A DNA stretch of 64,000 nucleotides from Candidatus Hydrogenedentota bacterium (GCA_045863335.1 BTVY01000022.1:32001-96000), one strand, 5' to 3'; numbered from the stretch's first letter, positions 1 to 10,968 are shown. A program made the numbers and translations. The notes: generated from the letters alone by a model not told the origin.

Positions 1-383
1 CGCAGGTCTACACGTGGCTCTACAGCATCGCGGCGAATCTCGCCCGCAACCGGCTCCGTGACATGGGACGCAAGGGGCGCAATCGGGGCACTTCGCTGGA
101 GGCGCTTCAAGCGGCCGCGCCCGGAATCGCCGACGCGGCGGCATCGGGATCGCTGACGCCGAGCGATGAGGCCATCGGATCGGAGACCGCGGAACTCTTG
201 CAGCGGTGCCTGACCGAGTTGCCGGAGAACTATAGGATGGCCTTCATCCTTAGGACGACCGAAGATTTGAGTTACGAAGAGATCGCGGATGTGATGGGGT
301 GCCCGGTCGGCACGGTGAAATCCCGGCTGAATCAGGCGCGCCAGATGCTGCGGGATCGATTACGGGAACTGGAGATATTGTAG
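1..383 (+). CDS. ECF-family RNA polymerase sigma factor (5'-truncated by window edge)
   Basis: Frame is open from the window start: QVYTWLYSIAANLARNRLRD (region 2) ... LSYEEIADVMGCPVGTVKSRLNQAR (region 4 HTH). Confidence 0.9.
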   Translation, partial: QVYTWLYSIAANLARNRLRDMGRKGRNRGTSLEALQAAAPGIADAAASGSLTPSDEAIGSETAELLQRCLTELPENYRMAFILRTTEDLSYEEIADVMGCPVGTVKSRLNQARQMLRDRLRELEIL

Positions 384-450
384 AACCGGGCTGAAGTCCC
401 CGGCTCGCTGTACTTGAGGTAATCAAGAAAGATGTCGCGAAAACAAATAC

Positions 451-610
451 ACATTCCCCTTGATCCCCCTTCAAAGGGGGAATTTCGCACAACGCTCCGC
501 GTTGAGCTTTGGAACGGCCTAAACCTGTCCTCGCGACGCGCACTGATGCGTTTTGCAATTCACGTTGCTGAGCATAATTCCCCCTTTGAAGGGGGATCAA
601 GGGGGATGTT
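451..610. repeat. Inverted pair of repeat family A (TCCCCCTTTGAAGGGGGATCAAGGGGGATGT)
   Basis: 451-484 is a near reverse complement of 576-610; related copies at 11953-11986 and 17486-17520. Confidence 0.85.
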
Positions 611-692
611 CTTACAGAGAGCGGATTATGTTCAACGGTAACTGAATTGTTGGAAGTTGTGCCGAGGATTACCCGGAAGTTCGGATTACGAC

Positions 693-1868
693 ATGAATCG
701 CGACGAAATCAGAGAGCGTTTCTCGCCCCTGCTGGACGGCGAACTCGGCCCCGAAGAACGGGCCGAGATCGAGGCCGCCCTGTCGGAGGACGCGGAACTG
801 CTGCGCGAACTCGATGCCCTGAAACGGGTCGACCAGTTATACGCGAATCTTCCGCCCGTTTCCGCGCCGGAAGGTTTCGAGGATGGGGTCAAGACCGCGC
901 TTCATCCCGCGACCCTGCAGTTCACGCGAGCCCGCGCCATGCGCCGCCGCTTGTGGCCCATGCTGGCCGCCGCGGCGGTATTTATCGTGTTCGGCGCCAT
1001 AGTGGTCGTCCAGATGAACCCGGACCGGGCGGCGACCATGCTCAGCAAGGGAATGCCAGATTACGCCGCGGAATCCGTTCCGCAGGCGGCGATGGAAAAG
1101 TCCGACGCAGCGGCGAGCCAGCAATTGCGCTCGCATGCGCCCTCGCCGGCAGTCGCCGATGAGGCGGTCCCTCAGTCCGCGCCGGTTGTGGAGTCGGAGA
1201 TGGATACCGAATCCGTGCAGGGACCCGGCGCAGTTTCGAGCGGCCCCGCGAACGGATACTTCCAGGGCCGGAGCTTGAGCGCGGAGAAAGGGGAACGTCC
1301 CGCGGCTTCACCGACGCAACCCGAACCAATGATAGCCGGAATGGAGGCCGGCCGTGTCGAAGCCGCCCCGCCTCCGCAACGGCAAGACGAGCAGGCGCGG
1401 CGCATAGCGCAACAGCAGGGTCGCATGGAGGCAGGCGAATCGGCTGCGACGGACGCCGGTGAATCGGAACCGCAACACTTCGGCGACAACGCAGCCGGCG
1501 CGATTGCCCCGCCCGCGGAGGCGCCGGCTCCGACGGCAATGCGGGGCCGCGACGCTGACGATTCAGGTGTCAAATCGCTCGCGGAGGAAGGCCTCGCCCG
1601 AGAAAAGCCGATGGTTGCCGAGGAATCGCTCATCGTCAACTCGCGCAAGGTCGCGGATCGTATGTTCCAACGGCGGGGCGAGGACTGGATTCAGGAAGAC
1701 TACAACGACGAATCGCTTACGACCGTCCGCCGCGAGTCGGAAGCCTGGAACGTTCTCGTTCGCAAAGAGTTCAATCTTGCCGCCGTCCTCGAACTCGAAG
1801 GCCGGGTAGTCTTCAAGCAGGGCGATATCTGGTACGAACTGCTTCCCGCTGAACCGGCATCCCGCTGA
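693..1868 (+). CDS. Anti-sigma factor (zf-HC2-like N-terminus, one TM helix, low-complexity extracytoplasmic region)
   Basis: MNRDEIRERFSPLLDGEL...EIEAAL start; hydrophobic WPMLAAAAVFIVFGAIVVV; downstream of an ECF sigma. Confidence 0.8.
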   Translation: MNRDEIRERFSPLLDGELGPEERAEIEAALSEDAELLRELDALKRVDQLYANLPPVSAPEGFEDGVKTALHPATLQFTRARAMRRRLWPMLAAAAVFIVFGAIVVVQMNPDRAATMLSKGMPDYAAESVPQAAMEKSDAAASQQLRSHAPSPAVADEAVPQSAPVVESEMDTESVQGPGAVSSGPANGYFQGRSLSAEKGERPAASPTQPEPMIAGMEAGRVEAAPPPQRQDEQARRIAQQQGRMEAGESAATDAGESEPQHFGDNAAGAIAPPAEAPAPTAMRGRDADDSGVKSLAEEGLAREKPMVAEESLIVNSRKVADRMFQRRGEDWIQEDYNDESLTTVRRESEAWNVLVRKEFNLAAVLELEGRVVFKQGDIWYELLPAEPASR

Positions 1869-1873
1869 TAAAG

Positions 1874-1952
1874 TTGTGGTGCAGGCTTCCAGCCTGCATC
1901 CTGAACGGGACGTGCTGCAAGAAAAAACGCAGGCTGGAAGCCTGCACCACAA
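1874..1952. repeat. REP-like inverted repeat (family C) between convergent genes
   Basis: TTGTGGTGCAGGCTTCCAGCCTGC ... GCAGGCTGGAAGCCTGCACCACAA, perfect 24-bp arms. Confidence 0.85.
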
Positions 1953-1986
1953 AAGGCCAGGCCGCTCGCACTTTCCGTACATGCTC

Positions 1987-3309
1987 TCAGACGGTCGCCT
2001 TCGAGCCCCGCTCCGCCAGCTCCCGCAGGTAATCCCACGAATAGATGCCGGTCGTGTGCGCGTCGCTCCAGGCAAAAGACACCGCGTAATTGCCCAACTG
2101 TTGCATGCTTTCGACGGAAATATCCCGCGGCACTTGTTCGGGGTCGAGCAGCTTTTCGCCCGTGTTCTCGTCCACGCACACCGCACACGGACACGCGCAG
2201 CGCACGGCGTACATGGAGAGCCCGGCGGTGTGGCCGTCGCTCCATTTTACCTGGATCGTGTCGCCAACCATCGCGACTTCCGGACGGTCCGGCGCTTCGA
2301 CGCGGCTCTTGCCGACCGCGCGATGGACCTGGTCCGCCATCTCCGCGATGGCCGGGATGTTCTTGCCGGAGTCCTTGTGGGCCAGGTCAGAGAGTCCGTC
2401 CATGATCGGCAGTTCCGCAAGCGTGGACAAACCGAACCGCTTCTGCAAGGAGCTTCGGCTGCTTCCGAAGGGGTAGTGCACCTTGCCACAATCGCCGCAC
2501 GTAAACGAGCACATGTTCTCAACCACGCCCAGCACGGGCACGTTGACTTTCTCAAACATGAGGATTCCACGCGCCACGTCAACCAACGACAACGCCTGCG
2601 GCGTGGTCACGATGATCGCGCCATCCAGCGCCGCCTGTTGCACCACCGTTAACTGAATGTCGCCCGTACCCGGAGGCAGGTCGATGATCAGGTAGTCCAA
2701 CTTTCCCCAGTCAGTCTGGTGAAGGATCTGTGTGATGTAGTTCGACACGATGGGTCCGCGCAACACCGCCGGCTGTTCACCGAGAAGGAATCCAAGCGAC
2801 ATGACCTTGAGCCCGTCGATGCGGACGGGCTGAATCTTGTTGTCCACCATCCCGACGGCGGGATGATACGCATTGAACAAGGTGGGGACCGAGGGTCCGT
2901 ACACATCGGCGTCCAGCAACCCCACAGCCAGCCCGCCCCGCTGCATGGCCCGGGCGAGATGGGCCGCCACGGTCGACTTGCCGACGCCGCCCTTGCACGA
3001 GGACACCGCGATGACCGCGTCGACCGTTTCCAGGGTATTGATGTTGCTCCCGGGCCGCGGCTTCCGTTCCATAGCGCTCATCTTCACATCGACGGAAGTA
3101 ACGCCTGGCAGCGCGGACACGGCCTCCACGCACTTCTGGCGAAACGTCTCCTTCACAGGGCATGCGGGCGTCGTCAGTTCCACCGTAAACGAAACTTTGC
3201 CGCCGTCAATAGCCAGATTCTTGATAAAGCCGAGCGACACGATATCTTTGCCCAGGTCCGGGTCGATGATGTGCCGCATGGAGTCCAGTACTTCTTTTTC
3301 CGTCGCCAT
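1987..3309 (-). CDS. Mrp/NBP35 Fe-S cluster carrier ATPase with N-terminal DUF59 and C-terminal DUF971-like domain (HCF101-like)
   Basis: IIDPDLGKDIVSLG and LTTPACP (DUF59); SCKGGVGKST P-loop; DLPPGTGD; CGDC; C-terminal RCACPCAVC...GNYAVSFAWSDAHTTGIYSW. Confidence 0.9.
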   Translation of the reverse strand: MATEKEVLDSMRHIIDPDLGKDIVSLGFIKNLAIDGGKVSFTVELTTPACPVKETFRQKCVEAVSALPGVTSVDVKMSAMERKPRPGSNINTLETVDAVIAVSSCKGGVGKSTVAAHLARAMQRGGLAVGLLDADVYGPSVPTLFNAYHPAVGMVDNKIQPVRIDGLKVMSLGFLLGEQPAVLRGPIVSNYITQILHQTDWGKLDYLIIDLPPGTGDIQLTVVQQAALDGAIIVTTPQALSLVDVARGILMFEKVNVPVLGVVENMCSFTCGDCGKVHYPFGSSRSSLQKRFGLSTLAELPIMDGLSDLAHKDSGKNIPAIAEMADQVHRAVGKSRVEAPDRPEVAMVGDTIQVKWSDGHTAGLSMYAVRCACPCAVCVDENTGEKLLDPEQVPRDISVESMQQLGNYAVSFAWSDAHTTGIYSWDYLRELAERGSKATV

Positions 3310-3375
3310 TTGATTCCTCGATTCTCGTGAACGTCTCTTGAACATCGTTATCCGCCGCTGCTATCTTCCGCGGTC

Positions 3376-3732
3376 ATGAAACTAAAAGTCTACGTATACA
3401 AAAACTGTGACACCTGCCGGAAGGCGCTGAAGTTTCTCGATAAACATGGTATCGCCTACGAGGCAATTCCAATCCGGGAAACGCCGCCGGCTCCGGGGGA
3501 ACTGAGCCGCATGCTGCGAGCCCAATCGGGCAACCTGCGCAGTCTCTTCAACACGTCCGGCGGCGATTACAAAGCCTTGGGAATGAAAGACCGCCTCCCG
3601 TCGATGTCCGACAAAGAGGCCATCGCGCTCTTGGCGTCCAACGGCAACCTGGTCAAACGGCCCTTCGTCATCTCCCAGGAAGTCGCGCTCATCGGGTTCA
3701 ACGAAGAAACCTGGGAAACGGCCTTGCTCTAA
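3376..3732 (+). CDS. ArsC/Spx/MgsR-family protein
   Basis: YKNCDTCRKALKFL, LFNTSG, LVKRP motifs. Confidence 0.9.
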   Translation: MKLKVYVYKNCDTCRKALKFLDKHGIAYEAIPIRETPPAPGELSRMLRAQSGNLRSLFNTSGGDYKALGMKDRLPSMSDKEAIALLASNGNLVKRPFVISQEVALIGFNEETWETALL

Positions 3733-3762
3733 TCGCCGCGGCAAAATTCGCATACGGCATTC

Positions 3763-3850
3763 TGTAGCGTCCCGCCTTCCATGGCGGGCGTGGTTTTCCT
3801 CACAAAACTACGGCTTCAGGTCTCGCCCGGCATGGAAACCGGGCGCTACA
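3763..3850. repeat. REP-like repeat family B (TGTAGCGTCCCGCCTTCCATGGCGGG ... CCCGGCATGGAAACCGGGCGCTACA)
   Basis: Imperfect inverted arms; near-identical copies at 11814-11899 and 59604-59674. Confidence 0.85.
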
Positions 3851-3880
3851 GGACCTCGCTGAGGGCTGCTGCCCGAACCG

Positions 3881-4216
3881 CTATCCCATGACCGGCTTCT
3901 GAAACTCCAATCCACAGTACAAACACTTCCAGTGCTTCGACGACGACACCCTCCCGCAAGACGGGCACTTCAGTGCTGTGTTCGTAATCTTCCCGTCCGC
4001 AACGCCGTCGCGCAGGTCGATTTCCTGGGCCTTCTGTTCCAAGTCCGCGTCGGTTAACTTCGCGCGCTCCCGGATCAACTCCCAGAGCGCCTGGTTCATT
4101 AACTGCAACCGCGCGACCTGATGTTCTAATTCCCGAACCCGTTGGCGGCTGTCGTCGCTGGCCGGACTGCCCGTGAAGTTCGGGCCGGGCGTCATATCCC
4201 CGTAAAACATTCCCAT
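3881..4216 (-). CDS. Hypothetical coiled-coil protein with C-terminal zinc ribbon
   Basis: GGAGGG RBS before MGMFYG; CPSCG...CLYCG motifs. Confidence 0.75.
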   Translation of the reverse strand: MGMFYGDMTPGPNFTGSPASDDSRQRVRELEHQVARLQLMNQALWELIRERAKLTDADLEQKAQEIDLRDGVADGKITNTALKCPSCGRVSSSKHWKCLYCGLEFQKPVMG

Positions 4217-4296
4217 GCCCGCGTCCCTCCCTTGGTTGGCGAGTGGCGTCATGTTTCGGATCCATTGTAGGATAGGCTGGAAGTTGCAGGCAACCC

Positions 4297-5433
4297 ATGG
4301 CAAACGACGATTCAATCGACATATCCGGTCCACCCTGGACGCGGGCGCGCGCTCATCTTGGCGTACGCGCAGGAGATCCGCGCCCGCTGGGTACCGGTAT
4401 CGCGAACGGTGTAAGAGGGCCGGCCTTCAGTCACAAGGGCCTTCTGCTCGAACAGTTGGCGAAGCATGCCTTTCGTCTGCCGTGGTGGTTGCGCACCGGC
4501 CACGGCCAAACGGTCTACGGACCAATCATCCGGAGGCGGCGCGCGCTTCCCGCGCGGCGGGTGAAGTGGGATACGCCCGATGGCGATTTTCTTCGTCTCC
4601 ATTTCAACGACGGGGAACCGGGGCGGCCAACAGTTCTGATGCTTCACGGGCTCGAAGGTTCTGCCCAGTCCAAGTATTTGCTGGGCCTCAACGCGCTCTT
4701 CAAAGCCATCGGTTGGACCTCCGTCACAATGGAATTCCGCGGATGCGGCGGCGAGATGAACCGCGCGCCGCGCCTGTACCACTCCGGTGAGACTACGGAC
4801 TTGGCCTGCGTGTTGGAGCGGCTGGTCAACGATGTGGGTCCGGTGTACGCCGTGGGTTTTTCGCTCGGAGGCAACGTGCTCGCGAAATGGCTTGGGGAGA
4901 GCGGGGAGCGCGCGGCCGGTTTCGTTCGCGCCGCGGCCATCGTATCCGCGCCCTACGACCTGACCATCTCCGGTCCCCATATCGACCGGGTAATGGGCGG
5001 CGTCTATGCGCGGCACTTTCTGCGGCCACTCATCGCCAAGGCCGTCGCCAAGGAGCGGCAGTATCCTGGAATCATCGACATCAATCGGGTCCGGCGCAGC
5101 CGCACGCTATGGGAGTTCGACGAGCACGCCACGGCCAGATTGCACGGGTTTTCCGGCGCCGACGAATACTGGGCCACGCAGGGCTGCGGCCAGTTTCTCG
5201 ACGGCGTTCGCGTCCCGACCATGCTGCTGTCGTCGGCGGACGACCCCTTCAACCCGGGTTCGACCCTTCCCCGCGCGGCGGTGGAACGTTCGCCCTGCCT
5301 GATTCCGCAATTCACCGCGTGCGGCGGCCACGTGGGTTTCGTGTATGGCGCAACACCTGCCCAAGCCCGTTACTGGGCGGAAGAACATGTCGTCCGCTTC
5401 TTTCAACATTACGAGGAACTGGAACGTGGGTGA
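4297..5433 (+). CDS. YheT-type alpha/beta hydrolase
   Basis: HGLEGS, GFSLGGN nucleophile elbow, DDPF, GGHVGF; start codon uncertain. Confidence 0.9.
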   Translation: MANDDSIDISGPPWTRARAHLGVRAGDPRPLGTGIANGVRGPAFSHKGLLLEQLAKHAFRLPWWLRTGHGQTVYGPIIRRRRALPARRVKWDTPDGDFLRLHFNDGEPGRPTVLMLHGLEGSAQSKYLLGLNALFKAIGWTSVTMEFRGCGGEMNRAPRLYHSGETTDLACVLERLVNDVGPVYAVGFSLGGNVLAKWLGESGERAAGFVRAAAIVSAPYDLTISGPHIDRVMGGVYARHFLRPLIAKAVAKERQYPGIIDINRVRRSRTLWEFDEHATARLHGFSGADEYWATQGCGQFLDGVRVPTMLLSSADDPFNPGSTLPRAAVERSPCLIPQFTACGGHVGFVYGATPAQARYWAEEHVVRFFQHYEELERG

Positions 5434-5443
5434 CACACAACGC

Positions 5444-6268
5444 ATGCCAACCCTGAATCCGCCGAAGAGCAAGTTCGTGCAATACATTCTCAAATGCCTG
5501 CGGCGGACCATGGTCAAGTATCAATACAACTACGTGAATCATCTCGATCGCGAGGACCAGCAGATCGCGCTGATGAACTACGGCTATGTGCCGCTGGACG
5601 AAGACGACCGTGTGCCCGTGCTGGAAGATGTCGACGAGCGGGATCGCTGCGCGTTGCAGCTCTATCACGCGGTGGCCGGTGCCGTCGACTTGACCGGCAA
5701 AGACGTGCTCGAGATCGGCTGCGGACGCGGCGGCGGGGCTGCCTATATCGCCACACATTTGGGGCCGCGCTCCGTTCTCGCCGTGGACCTGTGCAAGAGC
5801 AGCGTCGCCTATTGTGACTCACGATACTCCATAGAAAACCTGCGCTTCGCACAAGGCGATGCGGAAGCGTTGACGTTGCCGGACGAGAGTTTTGACGCCA
5901 TCGTCAACGTCGAGTCTTCGCACTGCTACAACAAGATCGACGTGTTTCTCGCCGGGGTGTTTCGCGTGCTGCGTCCCGGAGGCCACTTCCTGTTCGCCGA
6001 CTTCCGCATTCAGGACGCGCTGACGCGGTTCGCCGAACGGTTAAACGAAACCGGATTCGAGATCGTCGAGAACGTCTCCATCAACGCCAACGTCTTCGCC
6101 GCCCTCGAACGCGAGAGCGACCGCAAGCGGGAGTACATCCTCTCCAAGGTCCCGCGCAGCCGTCATATCCAGTTCTTCATGTTCGCGGGCGTTGAAGGCA
6201 CGGAGATGTACAACGGTGTACGCGACGGCACGGTGCAGTACCGCCGCTTCGTCGCGCGCAAACCGTAG
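5444..6268 (+). CDS. Class I SAM-dependent methyltransferase
   Basis: VLEIGCGRGGG motif I, GDAEAL, NVESSHCY, RVLRPGG. Confidence 0.9.
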   Translation: MPTLNPPKSKFVQYILKCLRRTMVKYQYNYVNHLDREDQQIALMNYGYVPLDEDDRVPVLEDVDERDRCALQLYHAVAGAVDLTGKDVLEIGCGRGGGAAYIATHLGPRSVLAVDLCKSSVAYCDSRYSIENLRFAQGDAEALTLPDESFDAIVNVESSHCYNKIDVFLAGVFRVLRPGGHFLFADFRIQDALTRFAERLNETGFEIVENVSINANVFAALERESDRKREYILSKVPRSRHIQFFMFAGVEGTEMYNGVRDGTVQYRRFVARKP

Positions 6269-6271
6269 TTC

Positions 6272-8353
6272 CTACATGTCGTCGAAGTCGCCGTCCTGCA
6301 TCGGAATGATCTCTTCTGGCCGGTGAACGCGGTCCCCGGCGTGCGCGAGTTGCGCGCGCGCGACCGTGCGGCGGCTGTTCGCCTCCGCATGGCGCCTCTT
6401 GTCTGAGCTGCGGGTCCGAGATGCAATGCGCACCGAACTGGCCGCTCCGTTTGTGGCGCCGTTGACGTAACGGGTCAGGCCATTGACGATGTCGCGCATC
6501 TGTGCCGCCTGGGCAGACAACTCCTCGCTTGCGGCTGCCGACTCTTCCGACGACGCGGCGTTGGACTGGGTGATCCTGTCCAACTGCGACACGGCGATGT
6601 TGATCTGTTCGATTCCCTGAGATTGTTCCTTGCTTCCCGCCGCAACCTCGCCGATCAGCTGCGAGACCTTCTGAACGTTCTCCACGATCCCCGAGAGGAT
6701 CTCGCCGACTTCCTTTGACACGGACACGCCGTGGTCGCTATTGCGCTGGGCTTCTTCAATCAGCGCGGATGTGTTCCGGGCCGCTTCGGCGCTTCGTTGT
6801 GCGAGATTTCGGACCTCCTCCGCAACCACGGCAAACCCTTTGCCCGCTTCGCCCGCGCGGGCCGCTTCGACCGCCGCATTCAACGCAAGCAGGTTGGTTT
6901 GGAAGGCGATCTCGTCGATGGTTTTGATGATCTTGGCGGTTTCGCCCGAAGAGTTCTGGATCTGATTGATGGCTTCCGACATGCGCGTCATGGCCTCGCC
7001 GCCCTTCACCGCCGCGGCCTCCGCTTCCGCCGCCATGTGGGCCGCCTGTTCCGCATTGTCCGAGTTGTGGTGCGTCATAGAGGCCATTTCCTCGAGCGAG
7101 GCGGAAGTCTCCTCCAAACTGGAAGCCTGCTGGCTGGCGCCGTCCGAAATCTGCTGGCCGGACTCGGCCACCTGACCCGCGGCGCTCGTGAGTTCGCCAG
7201 AAACCGCATCGAGTTGGTGGGCGGTAGCGATGAGCGGGCGGGAGAAGACGCGGCCGGCAAGGGTACCGACAATGACGATTGCCGCCAGACATACAATCAC
7301 GGCAATCATCACGTTTCGTTTGATCGCGGTCACTCCGGCGATGGCCAGCACCTCGTCGCGCGCCGCGCGCACGAGTACAGACCAGTTCATGCCCGGGTAG
7401 CCCATGGCGCCTTCCAGATGCGCGTACCCGCTCGCCTGCACAATCTTCTTGCGCGCATGAGTAGCCCAGCCGTGACCTCGTTTCCCGGCGACGGCCTCCT
7501 TGGCGGCTTCGACGCCGTTCGACGCAAGATTCAGATTTCCAATGACCGAGAAATCATGGGTGACGGTATCCGCTCCCCGCGAGGATGGATCGTAATCGAC
7601 GATGACGTTCCCCGTTCCGTCGAGCAGGGTCAGCTCGGTATTCTCGAAACCGGCACGCCGCAGATTACGGTAGGTGTCCGTAATGATTTGCTCCACAAGT
7701 GCAAACTTCGTCCGATTCGACCAGTAGGCGATCACTTCTCCGTTGGCATCGTACACGGGAGCCGAAAAGCCCAGGGTAAGCGCATCGTCGCCGGGGTACG
7801 CCGACTTCACGTCCTCGTCCACATGCAGATCTTCGATGAACGTACCGTCCGAGATATCGTTGCCCTCGGCCGTGAACGGCATCTCCGTCGTGAAGTCTCC
7901 GGCCGCGCATGCACGGAACCACGCGGTGTTGCTGTAGTTTTTGTCGAAGAGCGAACTCGTCTGGATGGGTTGCCCCGATGAATCCCGCGTATTGACGGCG
8001 ATCACGCGGCCCGTTGGGTCGACCAAGATCGTCAGGTAGTAGATTCCATAGGTCTCGACGTATTTGTTCATGGTCTGAACGATGGGATTTGATCGTTCGT
8101 CCGCCTGATACCAGGCGTTGCGATCGTGGGTGACTTGATTCAATGCGAAGGCTTGCACGTCCCCGTAACGCTCGAAAAGATTCCTGTCGATCTGCTCCGA
8201 GATCGTTTCCGCCGTTGTCTGGAATCGCTGTGCCATGCCTTCCCCCAAACTATTTGCTGCGGCGAAGGCTATCGCGGTCAAGATCAGTGCGGGAACAAGT
8301 CCGAAGGCAATGAAAAGCAGGACTAACTTCTTCGTCAGCGACAGGTTTTTCAT
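6272..8353 (-). CDS. Methyl-accepting chemotaxis protein with Cache-like periplasmic sensor
   Basis: Two TM segments; signalling hairpin [40 protein letters not shown]. Confidence 0.95.
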   Translation of the reverse strand: MKNLSLTKKLVLLFIAFGLVPALILTAIAFAAANSLGEGMAQRFQTTAETISEQIDRNLFERYGDVQAFALNQVTHDRNAWYQADERSNPIVQTMNKYVETYGIYYLTILVDPTGRVIAVNTRDSSGQPIQTSSLFDKNYSNTAWFRACAAGDFTTEMPFTAEGNDISDGTFIEDLHVDEDVKSAYPGDDALTLGFSAPVYDANGEVIAYWSNRTKFALVEQIITDTYRNLRRAGFENTELTLLDGTGNVIVDYDPSSRGADTVTHDFSVIGNLNLASNGVEAAKEAVAGKRGHGWATHARKKIVQASGYAHLEGAMGYPGMNWSVLVRAARDEVLAIAGVTAIKRNVMIAVIVCLAAIVIVGTLAGRVFSRPLIATAHQLDAVSGELTSAAGQVAESGQQISDGASQQASSLEETSASLEEMASMTHHNSDNAEQAAHMAAEAEAAAVKGGEAMTRMSEAINQIQNSSGETAKIIKTIDEIAFQTNLLALNAAVEAARAGEAGKGFAVVAEEVRNLAQRSAEAARNTSALIEEAQRNSDHGVSVSKEVGEILSGIVENVQKVSQLIGEVAAGSKEQSQGIEQINIAVSQLDRITQSNAASSEESAAASEELSAQAAQMRDIVNGLTRYVNGATNGAASSVRIASRTRSSDKRRHAEANSRRTVARAQLAHAGDRVHRPEEIIPMQDGDFDDM

Positions 8354-8661
8354 GACGACTCCCCCATTGGTCCACGGTCACAGCGCTTCTCGAATCTAAG
8401 TATTTTCATTTCAACAATTTGCGATAAAAGGTGGATTGCATGCGGTAGTTCCGCGGCCTGTGCCGGAAGAAAAGCGAGACGGTAGTACCCGAGTATTACG
8501 CGGCACGATTCGGTCCCTCACCAGGATTTAACATGCATTCTACATACAGCGTATAGAATGTACTCAGAGTTTGCGGGTTTGTCAAGGCGAAAAGGCGCGT
8601 ATTCAATTAAAACTAGAGCTTCTTGCCAGTATTTCGGGTTGTTTGAGGTGGGGCGGCACGC

Positions 8662-9987
8662 TCACTCGCCGTCCGAGGGCGCATCAAGCTGATCGAGGCG
8701 GGACCGAAATTCGGCTTCCTTCCCCCGATTCACCGGGTGGTAATACGTGCCGCGGGGGACGCCATAGTTCTGCGGAACATAACCGTCTTCGTAGTCGTGA
8801 GCGTACTTGTAGCCCTCACCGCGACCCAGCCGTTTCGAGCCGGGGTAGTGGGCGTCCTGGAGATGGGAGGGGACTGGGACCGTCTTGCCTTCGCGCACGT
8901 CGCGGCGGGCTTCATTGATACCCGCGACCGCCGCGTTACTCTTGGGCGCGCAGGCGACGTAGGTGGCCGCCTGGGCCAGGATGATCTGGGCCTCCGGCAG
9001 GCCGATGAACTCGCAAGCCTGCCACGCCGACGTGGCCACGACGATGGCCATCGGGTCCGCGTTGCCCACGTCCTCCGATGCGGCGATGCAGATGCGGCGC
9101 GCGATAAAGCGGGGGTCTTCGCCCGCCTCGAGCATGAGCGCCATCCAATACAGCGCCGAATCGGGGTCGGTGCCGCGCATGCTCTTGATGAACGCGGACG
9201 CGGCATCGTAATGCTCGTCGCCCGTGCCCTGGTAATGGATGAGCTTTTTCTGGATGGATTCCTCGGCCACCGTCGGCGTGATGTGTACGGCGCCGTCTTC
9301 CGGCGGGGTCGTCAGCACGGCGATTTCCAGCGCATTCAACGCGCGGCGCACGTCGCCATCCGCATAGGTGGCGATGTGGAGGAGCGCGTCGTCGTCCGCA
9401 TTCACTTCCAGGTTCTCCCAGCCCCGTTCAGGATGGGCCAGGGCGCGTTTGAGCAACTGGACGATCTGCTCTTCGGACAACTTCCGCAGTTCGAAGACCT
9501 GCGACCGCGACAACAGGGGCGACACGATGGAGAAGAAGGGGTTCTCCGTGGTCGCACCGATGAGAATGATGTTGCCGTTTTCCACGTCCGGCAACAGCGC
9601 GTCCTGCTGAGCCCGGTTGAACCGGTGGATCTCGTCGACGAACACGATGGTCTTCCGGCCGTCCTGGATGCGCCGTGCCTTGGCCGACTCGATGAGCGCG
9701 CGCAAGTCTTTCACACCCGACGTGACGGCGTTGAGATTGTCGAATGCCGACTGAGTGCGCATGGCGATGAGCCGTGCCAGAGCCGTCTTCCCACAGCCAG
9801 GCGGGCCATAGAGGATGAGCGATGTGATCCGGTCGGCTTCGATGGCGCGGCGCAGTATCTTGCCCGGTCCCAGGATGTGCTCCTGCCCGATCAGGTCGTC
9901 CAGCTTCCGCGGCGCAACCCGGCGCGCAAGAGGCGCCTCTTTGCGCAGGCGTTCCGCCGCTGCGTGTTTGAAGAGATCTTCTGCCAT
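8662..9987 (-). CDS. rarA: Replication-associated recombination protein A (AAA+)
   Basis: GPPGCGKT, DEIHRFNRAQQD, GATTENP, SAFIKSMRGTDPD, ASEDVGNADP. Confidence 0.95.
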   Translation of the reverse strand: MAEDLFKHAAAERLRKEAPLARRVAPRKLDDLIGQEHILGPGKILRRAIEADRITSLILYGPPGCGKTALARLIAMRTQSAFDNLNAVTSGVKDLRALIESAKARRIQDGRKTIVFVDEIHRFNRAQQDALLPDVENGNIILIGATTENPFFSIVSPLLSRSQVFELRKLSEEQIVQLLKRALAHPERGWENLEVNADDDALLHIATYADGDVRRALNALEIAVLTTPPEDGAVHITPTVAEESIQKKLIHYQGTGDEHYDAASAFIKSMRGTDPDSALYWMALMLEAGEDPRFIARRICIAASEDVGNADPMAIVVATSAWQACEFIGLPEAQIILAQAATYVACAPKSNAAVAGINEARRDVREGKTVPVPSHLQDAHYPGSKRLGRGEGYKYAHDYEDGYVPQNYGVPRGTYYHPVNRGKEAEFRSRLDQLDAPSDGE

Positions 9988-10165
9988 GACGCAATCGTAC
10001 TGTAACCGCGAGGGCCACACAATCGGGGAACTGGCATCGTGTTAACGGATCCGTCAGTCCCGCCATTTGCACCCGAGAGCGCACGTGGACCACAATGGCC
10101 GGGGATTCTGACTTTCTTGACGAACATGGCGGGCAGGTACGATCCTTCCGCAAGCTGGAATTCGA

Positions 10166-10543
10166 ATGCATAACGTACTTCTCGTGGGATTGGGTGGATT
10201 TATCGGCTCTGCCGGACGCTACCTGGTGAGCGGTTGGGTCCAGCAGATGGTGGACAAACCGCTGTTGCCCTTCGGCACCCTGGCGGTCAACGTTATTGGC
10301 TGCCTCCTGATCGGATTGCTGGGCGGTCTCGCGGAGGCGCGAGAGATTATGCATTCCAACGCCCGCATGTTTGTGATGGTTGGCATGCTCGGCGGGTTCA
10401 CGACCTTTTCAACGTTCGGATATGAGACCTTCGCGCTGGGCCGGGATGGCGAATCGCTGCTCGCCCTGGCAAACATTGCCGCCCAGGTCGTTATGGGTTT
10501 TTTTGCCGTGTGGGCGGGATTCACCTTGGCCAAAGCCGTGTAG
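10166..10543 (+). CDS. crcB: Fluoride channel CrcB/FluC
   Basis: GGFIGSAGRY, PFGTLAVNVIG, GMLGGFTTFSTF. Confidence 0.95.
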   Translation: MHNVLLVGLGGFIGSAGRYLVSGWVQQMVDKPLLPFGTLAVNVIGCLLIGLLGGLAEAREIMHSNARMFVMVGMLGGFTTFSTFGYETFALGRDGESLLALANIAAQVVMGFFAVWAGFTLAKAV

Positions 10544-10566
10544 TCGCGGAATCGAGAGGACTCGAC

Positions 10567-10929
10567 GTGGGGAAGTATCTCGAAGAAGGCTGTCTGCTGC
10601 GGGTGTTCGTGGGTGAAACCGATCGGCATGATGGGATTTCGTTGTACGAATGGATCGTGCAGCAAGCCCGCGACCACGGCATCGCCGCCGCGACGGCCTT
10701 GCGCGGTATGACGGGGTACGGGGTGCACCATCGTATCCACAGTGCGAAGATCTTGCAGCTCACGACCGATCTCCCGGTCATTGTGGAGATCGTGGACACC
10801 GTCGAGAACGTCAAGCGGTTTTTGCCTGTGCTGGAAGCCGTCATTCACGAAGGCATCGCCACACTGGAACGGGTGGAGATTCGGTGTTTCGGGGAAGACC
10901 CGCCCCATACGCCCGAGAGCGAGTCCTGA
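10567..10929 (+). CDS. DUF190 (PII-like) protein
   Basis: LLRVFVGETDRH, ATALRGMTGYG, LTTDLPVIVEIVD; GTG start after GAGAGGA; usual crcB neighbour. Confidence 0.9.
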   Translation: MGKYLEEGCLLRVFVGETDRHDGISLYEWIVQQARDHGIAAATALRGMTGYGVHHRIHSAKILQLTTDLPVIVEIVDTVENVKRFLPVLEAVIHEGIATLERVEIRCFGEDPPHTPESES

Positions 10930-10968
10930 CTTCGCGATCGATCGTTTACATTAAGGAACTAACAAGAC

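Noticed and set aside
432-641. 69-aa ORF between the first sigma and anti-sigma genes
   Set aside because: It is a translation of the family A inverted repeat element.
10021-10165. Fluoride riboswitch upstream of crcB
   Set aside because: No GGCGATGG...CGCC...AAAC...GCTGATGAC-like core found.
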